Under the pieces are notes generated by a model. That model had not been told where the DNA came from. It ran no database searches and was given only the letters and a program-made list of their open reading frames with translations. The position numbers were made by a program, and so were the translations under genes. From an uncultured Alistipes sp. (lineage in GTDB: Bacteria; Bacteroidota; Bacteroidia; Bacteroidales; Rikenellaceae), in NCBI GenBank assembly GCA_949285535.1, contig CASDZP010000002.1, positions 100,054 through 164,053 on the forward strand: a DNA stretch of 64,000 nt. Direction: 5' to 3'. Within the stretch, counting starts at the first letter, position 1. Each line of letters starts with the position of its first letter. Positions 36,635 through 45,254 of this stretch are shown in pieces.

Positions 36635-37009
36635 ATGAAAAAAGTAATCAGCTCACCGAACGCGCCCAAGGCGGTCGGTCCTTACAGCCAGGCCATCGAG
36701 TCAAACGGAACTCTCTATATTTCAGGCCAGCTTCCCATCAACCCCGAAACAGGAAAGATGCCCGAAACGATTGAAGAGCAGACAGCGCAGTCTCTCAAAA
36801 ATCTCGGCGCAATTCTTGAGGAGGCAGGCTACTCGTTCGCCGACGTTGCCAAGACGACCGTTCTTCTCGACAACATAGCGGATTTCGCCGCAATGAACGG
36901 TGTCTATGCGCAGACATTCACCGAGAAGATGCCCGCACGCGCATGCTTTGAGGTAGCGAAACTCCCGATGGGCGCGCTTGTGGAGATTGAGGCGATAGCG
37001 GTAAAATAA
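36635..37009 (+). CDS. ridA: RidA family reactive-intermediate deaminase (YjgF/YER057c)
   Basis: 124 aa (…APKAVGPYSQAI…GQLPINPETG…ARACFEVAKLPMGALVEIEAIA). Confidence 0.9.
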   Translation: MKKVISSPNAPKAVGPYSQAIESNGTLYISGQLPINPETGKMPETIEEQTAQSLKNLGAILEEAGYSFADVAKTTVLLDNIADFAAMNGVYAQTFTEKMPARACFEVAKLPMGALVEIEAIAVK

Positions 37010-37136
37010 CCGATACTCTCGCACATGACAGACGGGGTAACACGGAAAGCGGAGACTTTTCGCGTTACCCTTGTTTGATTATCGGCGCACCTACCGGTGA
37101 GACCGAACAAGACCAACCTCCAACCGCAAAAGAAAA

Positions 37137-39095
37137 ATGAAGATACTGCTTGTCACCCCGCCGTTCATTCAGCTCAACACACCATACCCCGCAACCACTG
37201 AGCTGAAAGCATACCTCGTGAGCAAAGGACACGAGGTCAGACAGTGCGACCTGTCGATAGAGCTGGCGGAGAGAATTTTTTGTCGGGATTTTCTGAAAGA
37301 TATATTCGCTGAGGCTTTCGAGCGTGACACGCTGTCGCTTGAGGCGCAGAGCGTGGCGGCACAGAAAGGACGTTACCTCTCTACCGTGGAGGCTGTGTGG
37401 GGTTTTCTGCGTGGCGATGATGATACTCTCGCTCCGCTTATCGCGTCGAGCGACTATCTGCCATGCTCCGAGAGAGCAAAGAGAGACGAAGAGGCGCTTG
37501 AATGGGCTTTCGGAAGTTGCGGTGTCATCGACAGAGCCAGATACATGGCGACTCTATATATAAAAGAGCTCACCGACTTCGTGGCGGAGATTGTCTCTGC
37601 GGATTTCTCGCTGATAAGGTACGGCGAACAACTTGCCGTAGCCGCCGCAACATTCGACAAACTGCGAGAGAGGGTCGAGGGTGAGCGCAACGCGATAGAC
37701 CGCCTCATGACGGAGCTGTTTGACAGTAAGCTGAAAGAGACACAGCCCGAAATGGTGGGATTCTGCGTTCCTTTCCCCGGAACATTGCCCGCCGCGCTCA
37801 TATTGTCGAAACATACGGCGGAGAAGATGCCCGAAACGGTAAGGGTAATGGGCGGGGGATACGTAAACACAGAATTGCGGTCGATGTCGGACGGCGCGAT
37901 ATTCGACTATGTAGATTATCTTGTTTTTGACGACGGACAGCTGCCTCTTGAGACATTATGCCGTTTTCTTGGCGGAGAAGCCTCCGCAGACGAGCTTGTA
38001 AGAACGGTTTACAGACGTGAGAACGGGGAGCTGGCGCCAATGCTCAACACTTACCGTAACATACGTTTCGACGAATTGCCCGTTCCCGACTTCAGCGACT
38101 TCGACAGGTCGAAATATGTCTCTTTAGTCGATTTCACCAACCCCATGCACAAGCTGTGGAGCGACGGCAGGTGGAACAAAATGACCGTGACGCACGGCTG
38201 TTATCACAAAAGGTGCGCTTTCTGCGACACATCGCTCGACTATATAGGACGATATGACGCCCCTTCGCCCGAAACTGTGGTGCGAAAAATCGAGGGTATC
38301 ATAAAACAGACGGGCATAAGGGGTTTTCACTTCACGGACGAGGCTCTGCCGCCCGCGCTGTTGGTAAAGGTATGCAGACTGCTTGTCGAACGGGGCATAA
38401 CAATCAGTTTCTGGGGTAACATACGCTTTGAGAAGGCATATACGCCCGAAGTGTGCGCACTCATGCGTCAGGCGGGGTGTATAGCCGTGTCGGGAGGCAT
38501 GGAGGTGGCGCACGAGAGGGTGCTCGCGCTCATGGGTAAGGGCATAACGGTTGAGGACGCACGACGATGCGCCGCAAACTTCGCCGACGCTGGAATCATG
38601 GTGCATACCTACCTCATGTACGGTTTTCCGACGCAGACACTCGAAGAGTGCGCACAATCGCTCGAAACGGTACGTGACATGTTCGCGCAGGGTATAGTGC
38701 AATCGGCGTTCTGGCATCGCTTCGCACTGACCGTACACAGCCCCGTGGGCATAAACCCCGAAAAATACGGGTGTCGTCTCGCATGCGACAAGCCTAACCC
38801 GTTTGCGAACAACGGCATAGACTACACGTGTGACAACAGCGACCTCGACTGGAACGAGGCGGGCGACGGATTGGCGAAAGCCACATATAATTACATGCTC
38901 GGACTCGGATATGACCTGCCGGTCGAGAAATGGTTGCCGATATTGAGACGTAGCAGGCACGACACAAGAGATGACAAAAGAAACGACAAAAGAGATAACA
39001 AAAAAGATAACAAAAGACACGATGACAGAAATATGGCGAAAAACCGTAAAAAAGAGCACAGAAACGACAACCGCCGTAAAAGCGGCAAGAGATAG
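37137..39095 (+). CDS. B12-binding-domain radical SAM protein with highly charged C-terminal tail
   Basis: 652 aa. The N-terminus is B12-binding-like (MKILLVTPPF…). The Cys cluster is HGCYHKRCAFCD. The last 50 aa are almost entirely K/R/D/N/H. Confidence 0.8.
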   Translation: MKILLVTPPFIQLNTPYPATTELKAYLVSKGHEVRQCDLSIELAERIFCRDFLKDIFAEAFERDTLSLEAQSVAAQKGRYLSTVEAVWGFLRGDDDTLAPLIASSDYLPCSERAKRDEEALEWAFGSCGVIDRARYMATLYIKELTDFVAEIVSADFSLIRYGEQLAVAAATFDKLRERVEGERNAIDRLMTELFDSKLKETQPEMVGFCVPFPGTLPAALILSKHTAEKMPETVRVMGGGYVNTELRSMSDGAIFDYVDYLVFDDGQLPLETLCRFLGGEASADELVRTVYRRENGELAPMLNTYRNIRFDELPVPDFSDFDRSKYVSLVDFTNPMHKLWSDGRWNKMTVTHGCYHKRCAFCDTSLDYIGRYDAPSPETVVRKIEGIIKQTGIRGFHFTDEALPPALLVKVCRLLVERGITISFWGNIRFEKAYTPEVCALMRQAGCIAVSGGMEVAHERVLALMGKGITVEDARRCAANFADAGIMVHTYLMYGFPTQTLEECAQSLETVRDMFAQGIVQSAFWHRFALTVHSPVGINPEKYGCRLACDKPNPFANNGIDYTCDNSDLDWNEAGDGLAKATYNYMLGLGYDLPVEKWLPILRRSRHDTRDDKRNDKRDNKKDNKRHDDRNMAKNRKKEHRNDNRRKSGKR

Positions 39096-39223
39096 AGTTT
39101 GTTTACGGTTTAATAAAAATATTTACCCCTTACCGTCGCTCTTTTTTGATATTTTCGCATGATTTTTCTTATTTTTGAAAGTTTTTCACAACTTCACACA
39201 CATACAACTCATACACGAGAATA

Positions 39224-41854
39224 ATGGCCACTGAAAAGAAATATGTAGAGACCCCGCTGATGAAGCAGTACTACCAGATGAAGTCGAAACACCCCGACGC
39301 CATCCTGCTTTTCCGCGTGGGAGACTTTTATGAGACTTTCGGCGACGATGCGATAAAGACAAGCTCCATACTTGGGATAACGCTAACAAAACGCGCCAAC
39401 GGAGCCGCCTCATACGTCGAGCTGGCGGGATTCCCCTACCATGCGCTCGACACCTACATGCCCAAACTCGTAATGGCGGGCGAACGAGTGGCTATATGTG
39501 AACAGCTCGAAGACCCGAAAAAGACGAAGACAATCGTAAAAAGGGGTATAATCGAGCTTGTGACACCGGGTGTGTCGTTCAACGACAATGTGATAAACAA
39601 AAAGGAGAACAACTATCTGGCTTGCGTCTTTTTCGGACAGAAGAAAGTAGGAGTGTCGTTCCTCGACATAACAACGGGTGAGTTCTACGCCGCCGAAGGG
39701 TCGAAAGAGTATGTCGAAAAACTGCTCGCCAACTTCGCGCCCAAAGAGGTGCTGTTTCAGCGCGGATGCAAAGAGCAGTTCGTTGAGGCGTTCGGCTCGA
39801 AATATCACCTGTACCACCTCGAACAGTGGATTTTCTCGCTCAAAAGCGCGACCGACAAACTGACATCGCAGTTAGGTGTGATGTCGCTCAAAGGCTTCGG
39901 TATCGAGAAGCAGGAGTCGGCGATAATAGCCGCTGGCGCAATACTCTACTACCTCGAATTTACCGAGCATCACGACACGAAACATATCTCGGCGATAACA
40001 CGAATCGACGAGGACAAATATATGTGGCTCGACAAATATACGCTCCGCAATCTGGAGATATTCAACTCGACTACCACAGACGGATACTCGCTGATAGACA
40101 TAATAGACAGGACGGTCACCCCTATGGGCGGACGATTGCTCCGACGCCAGCTCTCACTGCCGCTCAACAACAGACGACAGATAGAACAGCGTCTCGATGT
40201 GACAGAGGCTTTCGTAAAAGAGGCTGGCATCTGTGACTCCGTATCCTCGATACTCAAAGGCGTGGGCGACATCGAACGCCTCATATCGAAAGTGGCGGTC
40301 GGACGTGTATCGCCGCGCGAGTTAGTGGCTCTGAAAAACAGCTTTACAGCCATATCGGAGATAAAAGAGATACTTCTGACGTCGGACAACAAGGCTGTCA
40401 ACTCGTGGAGCGGCAAGCTCGACGGGCTGCCCACCATGCGTGAGAAGATAGAGAAAACGATACTCGAAGAGCCCGCCGCCAATATCGCCAAAGGCGGAGT
40501 GATAGCGCACGGCGTATCGGTAGAGCTTGACTCGCTCAGGCAGATGTCGCACGGAGGCAAGACCTATCTGGCGCAGATGCAGGAGCGACTCTCCGAGCAG
40601 ACGGGAATACCGTCGCTCAAAATCAGCTTTAACAATGTGTTCGGCTATTTTATCGAGGTGCGCAACACGCATAAGGATAAGGTACCCGAAGAGTGGATAC
40701 GCAAACAGACGCTGTCGGGAGCGGAGAGATATATCACCGCAGAGCTGAAAGAGTATGAGGAAAAAATTCTCGGAGCGGAAGAACGCATATTGGCGTTGGA
40801 GGCGGAGATATTCGGAGCGTTAGTCATTGAGCTTGCCGCCGAGACATCGAAAGTGCAGGCGGACGCGGTACAGCTGGCACGTCTCGACCTTTTCTGCTCA
40901 TTCTCGATAATGGCACGTGCGGCAAACTATTGCCGTCCCGCTCTCTGTGACGAACCGATTATCGACATAAAGGAGGGACGACATCCCGTAATCGAACGAC
41001 TGATGCCTATCGGCGAGACATACATACCAAATGACATAAAACTCGACGACAAGAGCAACCAGATAATAATAATCACGGGTCCCAACATGGCTGGTAAGTC
41101 GGCGTTGTTGCGACAGTGCGGTCTGATAACGCTTTTGGCGCAGATAGGCTCGTTCGTACCCGCAAAAGAGGCGACAATAGGTGTCGTGGACAAGATTTTC
41201 ACCCGTGTGGGAGCGTCAGACAACATATCGCAGGGCGAATCGACATTCATGGTCGAGATGCTCGAATCGGCGAACATCCTCAACAACGCCACATCGAAAT
41301 CGCTGGTACTGCTCGACGAGATAGGTCGAGGAACAAGTACATACGACGGTATTTCGATAGCGTGGGCGATGGTGGAATACCTGCACTCGCTTGAGGGTAA
41401 GGGCGTGAGGACGCTGTTTGCCACACACTATCACGAGCTTAACGAGCTTGAGGAGATTTATCCGAGGATTAAGAACTATAATGTCGCCGTAAAGGAGATT
41501 AACGGCAGAATCATATTTTTGAGGAAGCTGGTCGAAGGCGGCACGGAACACTCGTTCGGTATTCATGTGGCACGATTGGCGGGTATGCCCAAAAGTGTCA
41601 TCAGCAGAGCCAACGAGGTGCTTCACGCTCTCGAAAAGCGTCGTGACGGAGCCGAAGGCTCTACGGACTTCAATATTCCCGGATTCAAGGAGGTATCGGG
41701 TCAGGAAAACATGCAAATGGCGTTATTCCAGCTCGACGACCCATTGGTATCACAGATAAAAGAGGAAATCTCATCACTCGACCTAAACAACATAACCCCT
41801 ATCGAAGCCCTCAACAAGTTGAGCGACATCAAGCGACTGCTTGGAGTGAAATAA
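39224..41854 (+). CDS. mutS: DNA mismatch repair protein MutS
   Basis: 876 aa (…TPLMKQYYQMKSKHPDAILLFRVGDFYE…, Walker A GPNMAGKS). Confidence 0.97.
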   Translation: MATEKKYVETPLMKQYYQMKSKHPDAILLFRVGDFYETFGDDAIKTSSILGITLTKRANGAASYVELAGFPYHALDTYMPKLVMAGERVAICEQLEDPKKTKTIVKRGIIELVTPGVSFNDNVINKKENNYLACVFFGQKKVGVSFLDITTGEFYAAEGSKEYVEKLLANFAPKEVLFQRGCKEQFVEAFGSKYHLYHLEQWIFSLKSATDKLTSQLGVMSLKGFGIEKQESAIIAAGAILYYLEFTEHHDTKHISAITRIDEDKYMWLDKYTLRNLEIFNSTTTDGYSLIDIIDRTVTPMGGRLLRRQLSLPLNNRRQIEQRLDVTEAFVKEAGICDSVSSILKGVGDIERLISKVAVGRVSPRELVALKNSFTAISEIKEILLTSDNKAVNSWSGKLDGLPTMREKIEKTILEEPAANIAKGGVIAHGVSVELDSLRQMSHGGKTYLAQMQERLSEQTGIPSLKISFNNVFGYFIEVRNTHKDKVPEEWIRKQTLSGAERYITAELKEYEEKILGAEERILALEAEIFGALVIELAAETSKVQADAVQLARLDLFCSFSIMARAANYCRPALCDEPIIDIKEGRHPVIERLMPIGETYIPNDIKLDDKSNQIIIITGPNMAGKSALLRQCGLITLLAQIGSFVPAKEATIGVVDKIFTRVGASDNISQGESTFMVEMLESANILNNATSKSLVLLDEIGRGTSTYDGISIAWAMVEYLHSLEGKGVRTLFATHYHELNELEEIYPRIKNYNVAVKEINGRIIFLRKLVEGGTEHSFGIHVARLAGMPKSVISRANEVLHALEKRRDGAEGSTDFNIPGFKEVSGQENMQMALFQLDDPLVSQIKEEISSLDLNNITPIEALNKLSDIKRLLGVK

Positions 41855-42007
41855 TCACCTTCTGATAAGCATAATTCTGATAAGAGATAAAATAAACATG
41901 GCTATCATTGTTTGTCAAATGATAGCCATATTTATTTTTATCTCTTATCAGAATTATGCTTGTCAGAAGGTGATTATTTCACTCCAAGCAGTCGCTTGAT
42001 GTCGCTC
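41821..42007. repeat. 187-bp near-perfect palindrome (89/90-nt arms, 8-nt spacer) containing the 3' end of mutS
   Basis: Arms 41821-41909 and 41918-42007 are reverse complements, apart from 2 mismatches and a 1-nt indel, all outside the coding part. Confidence 0.95.
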
Positions 42008-42014
42008 CGCGGGG

Positions 42015-42126
42015 TCTGCCGACGGCGTTACTTTGTCCCTCGACAAAGTAACCAAAACGAGGGGGCACAGCCCCTTTTGTCCATGTCATATTCTGTTGGC
42101 TCATTGTCTTTTACGAAGTCAGCATC
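42015..42126. repeat. repeat element E, copy 3 (core only; truncated at the chrA stop)
   Basis: 42027-42074 is identical to 32220-32267. 42075-42126 matches 32268-32319 with a handful of mismatches, about 5. The leading tctgccgacggcg matches copy 2. Confidence 0.9.
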
Positions 42127-42140
42127 TGACCGTGCATAGC

Positions 42141-42665
42141 CTAAAAGAGGAAGTAGCCGACGACACCGCTCAAAGCAACGACCAAAAGAGGATTGACCTT
42201 AAACCATACGGCGGCAAGTGAAACGACAAAGACAATGACGCTTCGGTAGTCGATAAAGTTCTCTCCGTTCATCATGATGAGAGCAGCAGAGGCTATAAGT
42301 CCGATTATGACGGGACGCATCGACCTCATCACCTGTTTCAAATAGGGATTGCCGTTAAGACGCGCATAGAAGAAAGAGCCTATCAACATCAGCACAAGCG
42401 ACGGAGTGCAGACACCCAAAGTGGCGAGCACCGAGCCGAGAACACTTCCGCCCGTAGCGGTATAGCCAATATATGTTGCGCAGTTTATCGAGATGGGTCC
42501 GGGGGTCATCTGCGATATGGCGACAATATCGGCGAACTCCGAGCTGCTTATCCACTCGTGAGCGACAACAACCTCACTCTGTATGAGAGACAACATGGCA
42601 TAACCGCCGCCGAACCCGAAAAATCCGATTTTCAGAAAAGAAAGGAAAAGTTCAAAGTATATCAT
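42141..42665 (-). CDS. chromate transporter family protein (short-chain CHR, second half)
   Basis: 174-aa membrane protein (…GFGGGYAMLSLIQ…). It overlaps the partner gene by 4 nt. Confidence 0.85.
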   Translation of the reverse strand: MIYFELFLSFLKIGFFGFGGGYAMLSLIQSEVVVAHEWISSSEFADIVAISQMTPGPISINCATYIGYTATGGSVLGSVLATLGVCTPSLVLMLIGSFFYARLNGNPYLKQVMRSMRPVIIGLIASAALIMMNGENFIDYRSVIVFVVSLAAVWFKVNPLLVVALSGVVGYFLF

Positions 42666-43219
42666 TTCAAGCCCTCCTCTCTTTTTCGTTTAGCCACATT
42701 AAGTTTATGACGGCAGTAGAATATGCCCCACACAATCGCCGCAACTATGAACACCACGGGCGAAAAACCGAAAAATATCGCCACCGCCACGGCAACGACA
42801 ATCGGATATTCCTTGCGTGATATGTTTTTCGAGAAACTGAAAACGGGATAGAGAATCAACGCCACAACGGCGGGTCGCATACCCATAAAGACGCTTCTGA
42901 CAGCGGGATAATCATAATATGACCTGAAGAAAATGGCTATCGTCAGCAGTATGAAGAACGACGGAAGCACCGAACCGAGAAAACCCGCTATCGCGCCTTT
43001 CACACCCTTTCGGTCATAGCCTATAAGAATAGCTGTATTAACAACCATAGGACCCGGAGAGGCCTGCGCCAACGAGAGGTAGTTCAAAAACTCCTCGTCC
43101 GTCAACCACTTATGCTCTTTTATCTCTTTCTGTATGAGCAGAATCATGCTGTATCCGCCTCCGAAGGTGAAACAGCCTATTTTAAAGAAACTGATGAATA
43201 TATTGAGACAATCTCTCAT
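42662..43219 (-). CDS. chromate transporter family protein (short-chain CHR, first half)
   Basis: 185-aa membrane protein (…FTFGGGYSMILLIQKE…). Confidence 0.85.
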   Translation of the reverse strand: MRDCLNIFISFFKIGCFTFGGGYSMILLIQKEIKEHKWLTDEEFLNYLSLAQASPGPMVVNTAILIGYDRKGVKGAIAGFLGSVLPSFFILLTIAIFFRSYYDYPAVRSVFMGMRPAVVALILYPVFSFSKNISRKEYPIVVAVAVAIFFGFSPVVFIVAAIVWGIFYCRHKLNVAKRKREEGLK

Positions 43220-43301
43220 CCGTTGTCGGTCTGTTAATGTTACTTTTTATCTGTTTTATGCGCACATATCGCCCTCTTTCCCGATAACGTCGCCGATTTC
43301 A

Positions 43302-43988
43302 TTACAGCGAGCCCTCAAAAAACGCCCACAAGGAGTCATGCGGAAGCGGAGCCGTCACCGTAACGCTCTCTTTGGTCACGGGATGCGTAAATTCCACCGA
43401 ACGGGCGTGCAACGATATGCTTCCATCAGGATTGGAACGGTCGGCGCCATATTTAAGGTCTCCCTTTATCGGAGCGAGCGATTTTGAAAGTTGCGCCCTT
43501 ATCTGATGATGACGTCCCGTTATCAAATCTATGTCTATCAGGAAATAGCGGTCGGAAGCAGATGCCACCCTGTATTTCAAACGCGCCTCTTTTGCGTTGG
43601 GACGGGGTTTGTCGTATGCGAACGACTTGTTTTTCGAGCTGTTACGCTCGATATAGTGGCACAATGTACCCTCCTCACGGATGTCGCATTTGGGTATTAT
43701 GGCAAGATAACGTTTCTTTATCTCCCTGTCTCTCACCGCCTGATTCATCCTCGTCAACGCCTTCGATGTCTTGGCGAAAAGCACTACCCCGCTGACTGGA
43801 CGGTCTATGCGGTGAATCACCCCCAAAAAGACCGCGCCCGGTTTGCTGTCACGCTTTTTGATGAAATCTTTTATCATATCCTCGAGAGCGGCATCACCCG
43901 AAAGGTCTGCCTGAACGGGTATGCCCGCAGGCTTGTTTACCGCAAGTATATGATTGTCTTCGTACAGAATATCGGTGGAGCTGAACAT
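43302..43988 (-). CDS. RluA family pseudouridine synthase
   Basis: 228 aa with the catalytic motif HRIDRPVSG and the TGRHHQIR block. Confidence 0.9.
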   Translation of the reverse strand: MFSSTDILYEDNHILAVNKPAGIPVQADLSGDAALEDMIKDFIKKRDSKPGAVFLGVIHRIDRPVSGVVLFAKTSKALTRMNQAVRDREIKKRYLAIIPKCDIREEGTLCHYIERNSSKNKSFAYDKPRPNAKEARLKYRVASASDRYFLIDIDLITGRHHQIRAQLSKSLAPIKGDLKYGADRSNPDGSISLHARSVEFTHPVTKESVTVTAPLPHDSLWAFFEGSL

Positions 43989-44006
43989 GTTTTTGTGATT
44001 TTACCG

Positions 44007-44014
44007 CAAAGATA
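44007..44014 (-). promoter_or_regulatory. candidate -7 box (TATCTTTG) of the RluA-family gene
   Basis: The plus strand reads caaagata, 19 nt upstream of ATG 43988. Confidence 0.45.
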
Positions 44015-44090
44015 ATATTTTTTGCGCACCGCTAATATATATCCCCATACAGACCCGCAAGTTTATACCCACAACAGACACATATCATTC

Positions 44091-44112
44091 AAAACCGTAT
44101 TAGATACGGTTT
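44091..44112 (-). terminator. weak intrinsic terminator (minus strand) ending the lpxH-like transcript
   Basis: accguau / cua / auacggu followed by uuuug on the minus strand. Confidence 0.35.
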
Positions 44113-44116
44113 ATAT

Positions 44117-44320
44117 ACATTTAACACTCTGACAACAGACTAAATAAAATACGCAGGTGTACTTTTAACATTCTGACTGCAAGCTAATAAAATATGACAG
44201 ACGTACTTTTAAAAGTCTGACGACAAACTAAATAAAATACGGCAGATGCACTTTTAACATTCTGACTACAAACTAATAAAAATACGGCAGACGTAATTTT
44301 AACATTATGAAGATTAGCGC
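44117..44320. repeat. tandem repeat, 44-45-bp unit x about 4.5
   Basis: The units start at 44117, 44161, 44205, 44250 and 44295 (partial). Consensus: acttttaacattctgacNacaaactaa(a)taaaatacggcagacgt. Confidence 0.9.
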
Positions 44321-44326
44321 ATGACA

Positions 44327-45070
44327 CTACTCCATTGAGCCGAAACGCAATACCTCCCATGTGCCGTCATGATGCTCGACAAGAGCCGAAAGCGACTCAA
44401 TCCAGTCACCAGAATTGAGATAGAGAATATCCTCGATATATCGTTTATCGGGCTGGTGTATATGACCACATATCACAGCGTTACAGTTATTACGGCGGGC
44501 TATCGAAACGATATTGTTATCGAAATTGCTCGCTTTAGAAACAATCTCCTTGACCTTTTGTTTCATAAACTTGGATATGGAGAAATAACTTTTGCCGTGA
44601 CGTTTGCGGTAGTCATTATAGAGGCGGTTAAGCTGCAACATCATCGAATAGAGCTTGTCTCCGAACTTCGAAACCCACCTGAAACGACTCGTGACATTGT
44701 CGAACATATCACCATGGAAAACATATATCCTCTTGTCTCCGCTCTCATAGATGTAGTTGTCGAGAATAGAGAAATTACGGTAGTTGAACGGAGCCACGTT
44801 GTCGAGGAAGTCATCATGATTTCCCCTTATGTATATCACTTTGGTTGTCTCTATCGTCTGCAAGAGCAGCTGCAGGAATTTGTTGTAATCGTGTTTCCAA
44901 CGTTTTCGATTGCGGCCGAGATGCCATCCGTCGATAATGTCTCCGCCGAGTATGAGCATATCGCAGTCATTGCGACCGAGAAAATCTATCGCCGCCTGTG
45001 TGTGTGACCACTTCGAACCGATGTGTATATCCGAAACGACTATCGTTTTATATCTCTTTTTGCTTTCCAT
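44327..45070 (-). CDS. lpxH: UDP-2,3-diacylglucosamine diphosphatase-like metallophosphoesterase
   Basis: 247 aa. N-terminus IVVSDIHIGSKW…LILGGDIIDGW and GNHD motifs match the LpxH-type calcineurin-like fold. Confidence 0.7.
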   Translation of the reverse strand: MESKKRYKTIVVSDIHIGSKWSHTQAAIDFLGRNDCDMLILGGDIIDGWHLGRNRKRWKHDYNKFLQLLLQTIETTKVIYIRGNHDDFLDNVAPFNYRNFSILDNYIYESGDKRIYVFHGDMFDNVTSRFRWVSKFGDKLYSMMLQLNRLYNDYRKRHGKSYFSISKFMKQKVKEIVSKASNFDNNIVSIARRNNCNAVICGHIHQPDKRYIEDILYLNSGDWIESLSALVEHHDGTWEVLRFGSME

Positions 45071-45254
45071 ATCTCAAAGATACAAATTTTAGCACATTGT
45101 TTCATCATAAAACGAAACAAATAACGATTTATTGACAATCGTCGCTCTTACCGCAGCAAAAATACTTGAATGCAGTATATGTTACGACAATGCTTTTAAC
45201 TGACAATATTATTAACGGCATAAAACAGATAAAACCGTTTTATGCCGTTATTCT

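Noticed and set aside
38124-39059. 311-aa antisense ORF inside the radical SAM gene. The same class includes 61832-62899 (355 aa, antisense to gyrA), 17299-17904, 56471-57055, 59537-60097, 11524-12171, 33585-34199 and 29755-30369.
   Set aside because: All are fully embedded antisense to, or out of frame with, strongly supported genes. Their translations are low-complexity or Arg/His/Val-rich. These are typical shadow ORFs.
44117-44320. Two alternative readings of the 45-bp array. One is a CRISPR array. The other is a type III toxin-antitoxin locus: a tandem RNA repeat, then a terminator, then a downstream gene, as in ToxIN.
   Set aside because: The repeats are contiguous without spacers and there are no cas genes. 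The downstream gene is an ordinary RluA-family pseudouridine synthase with its own promoter box (44014-44007), not a ToxN/AbiQ-like nuclease. The resemblance in layout is noted in the finding but is not supported.
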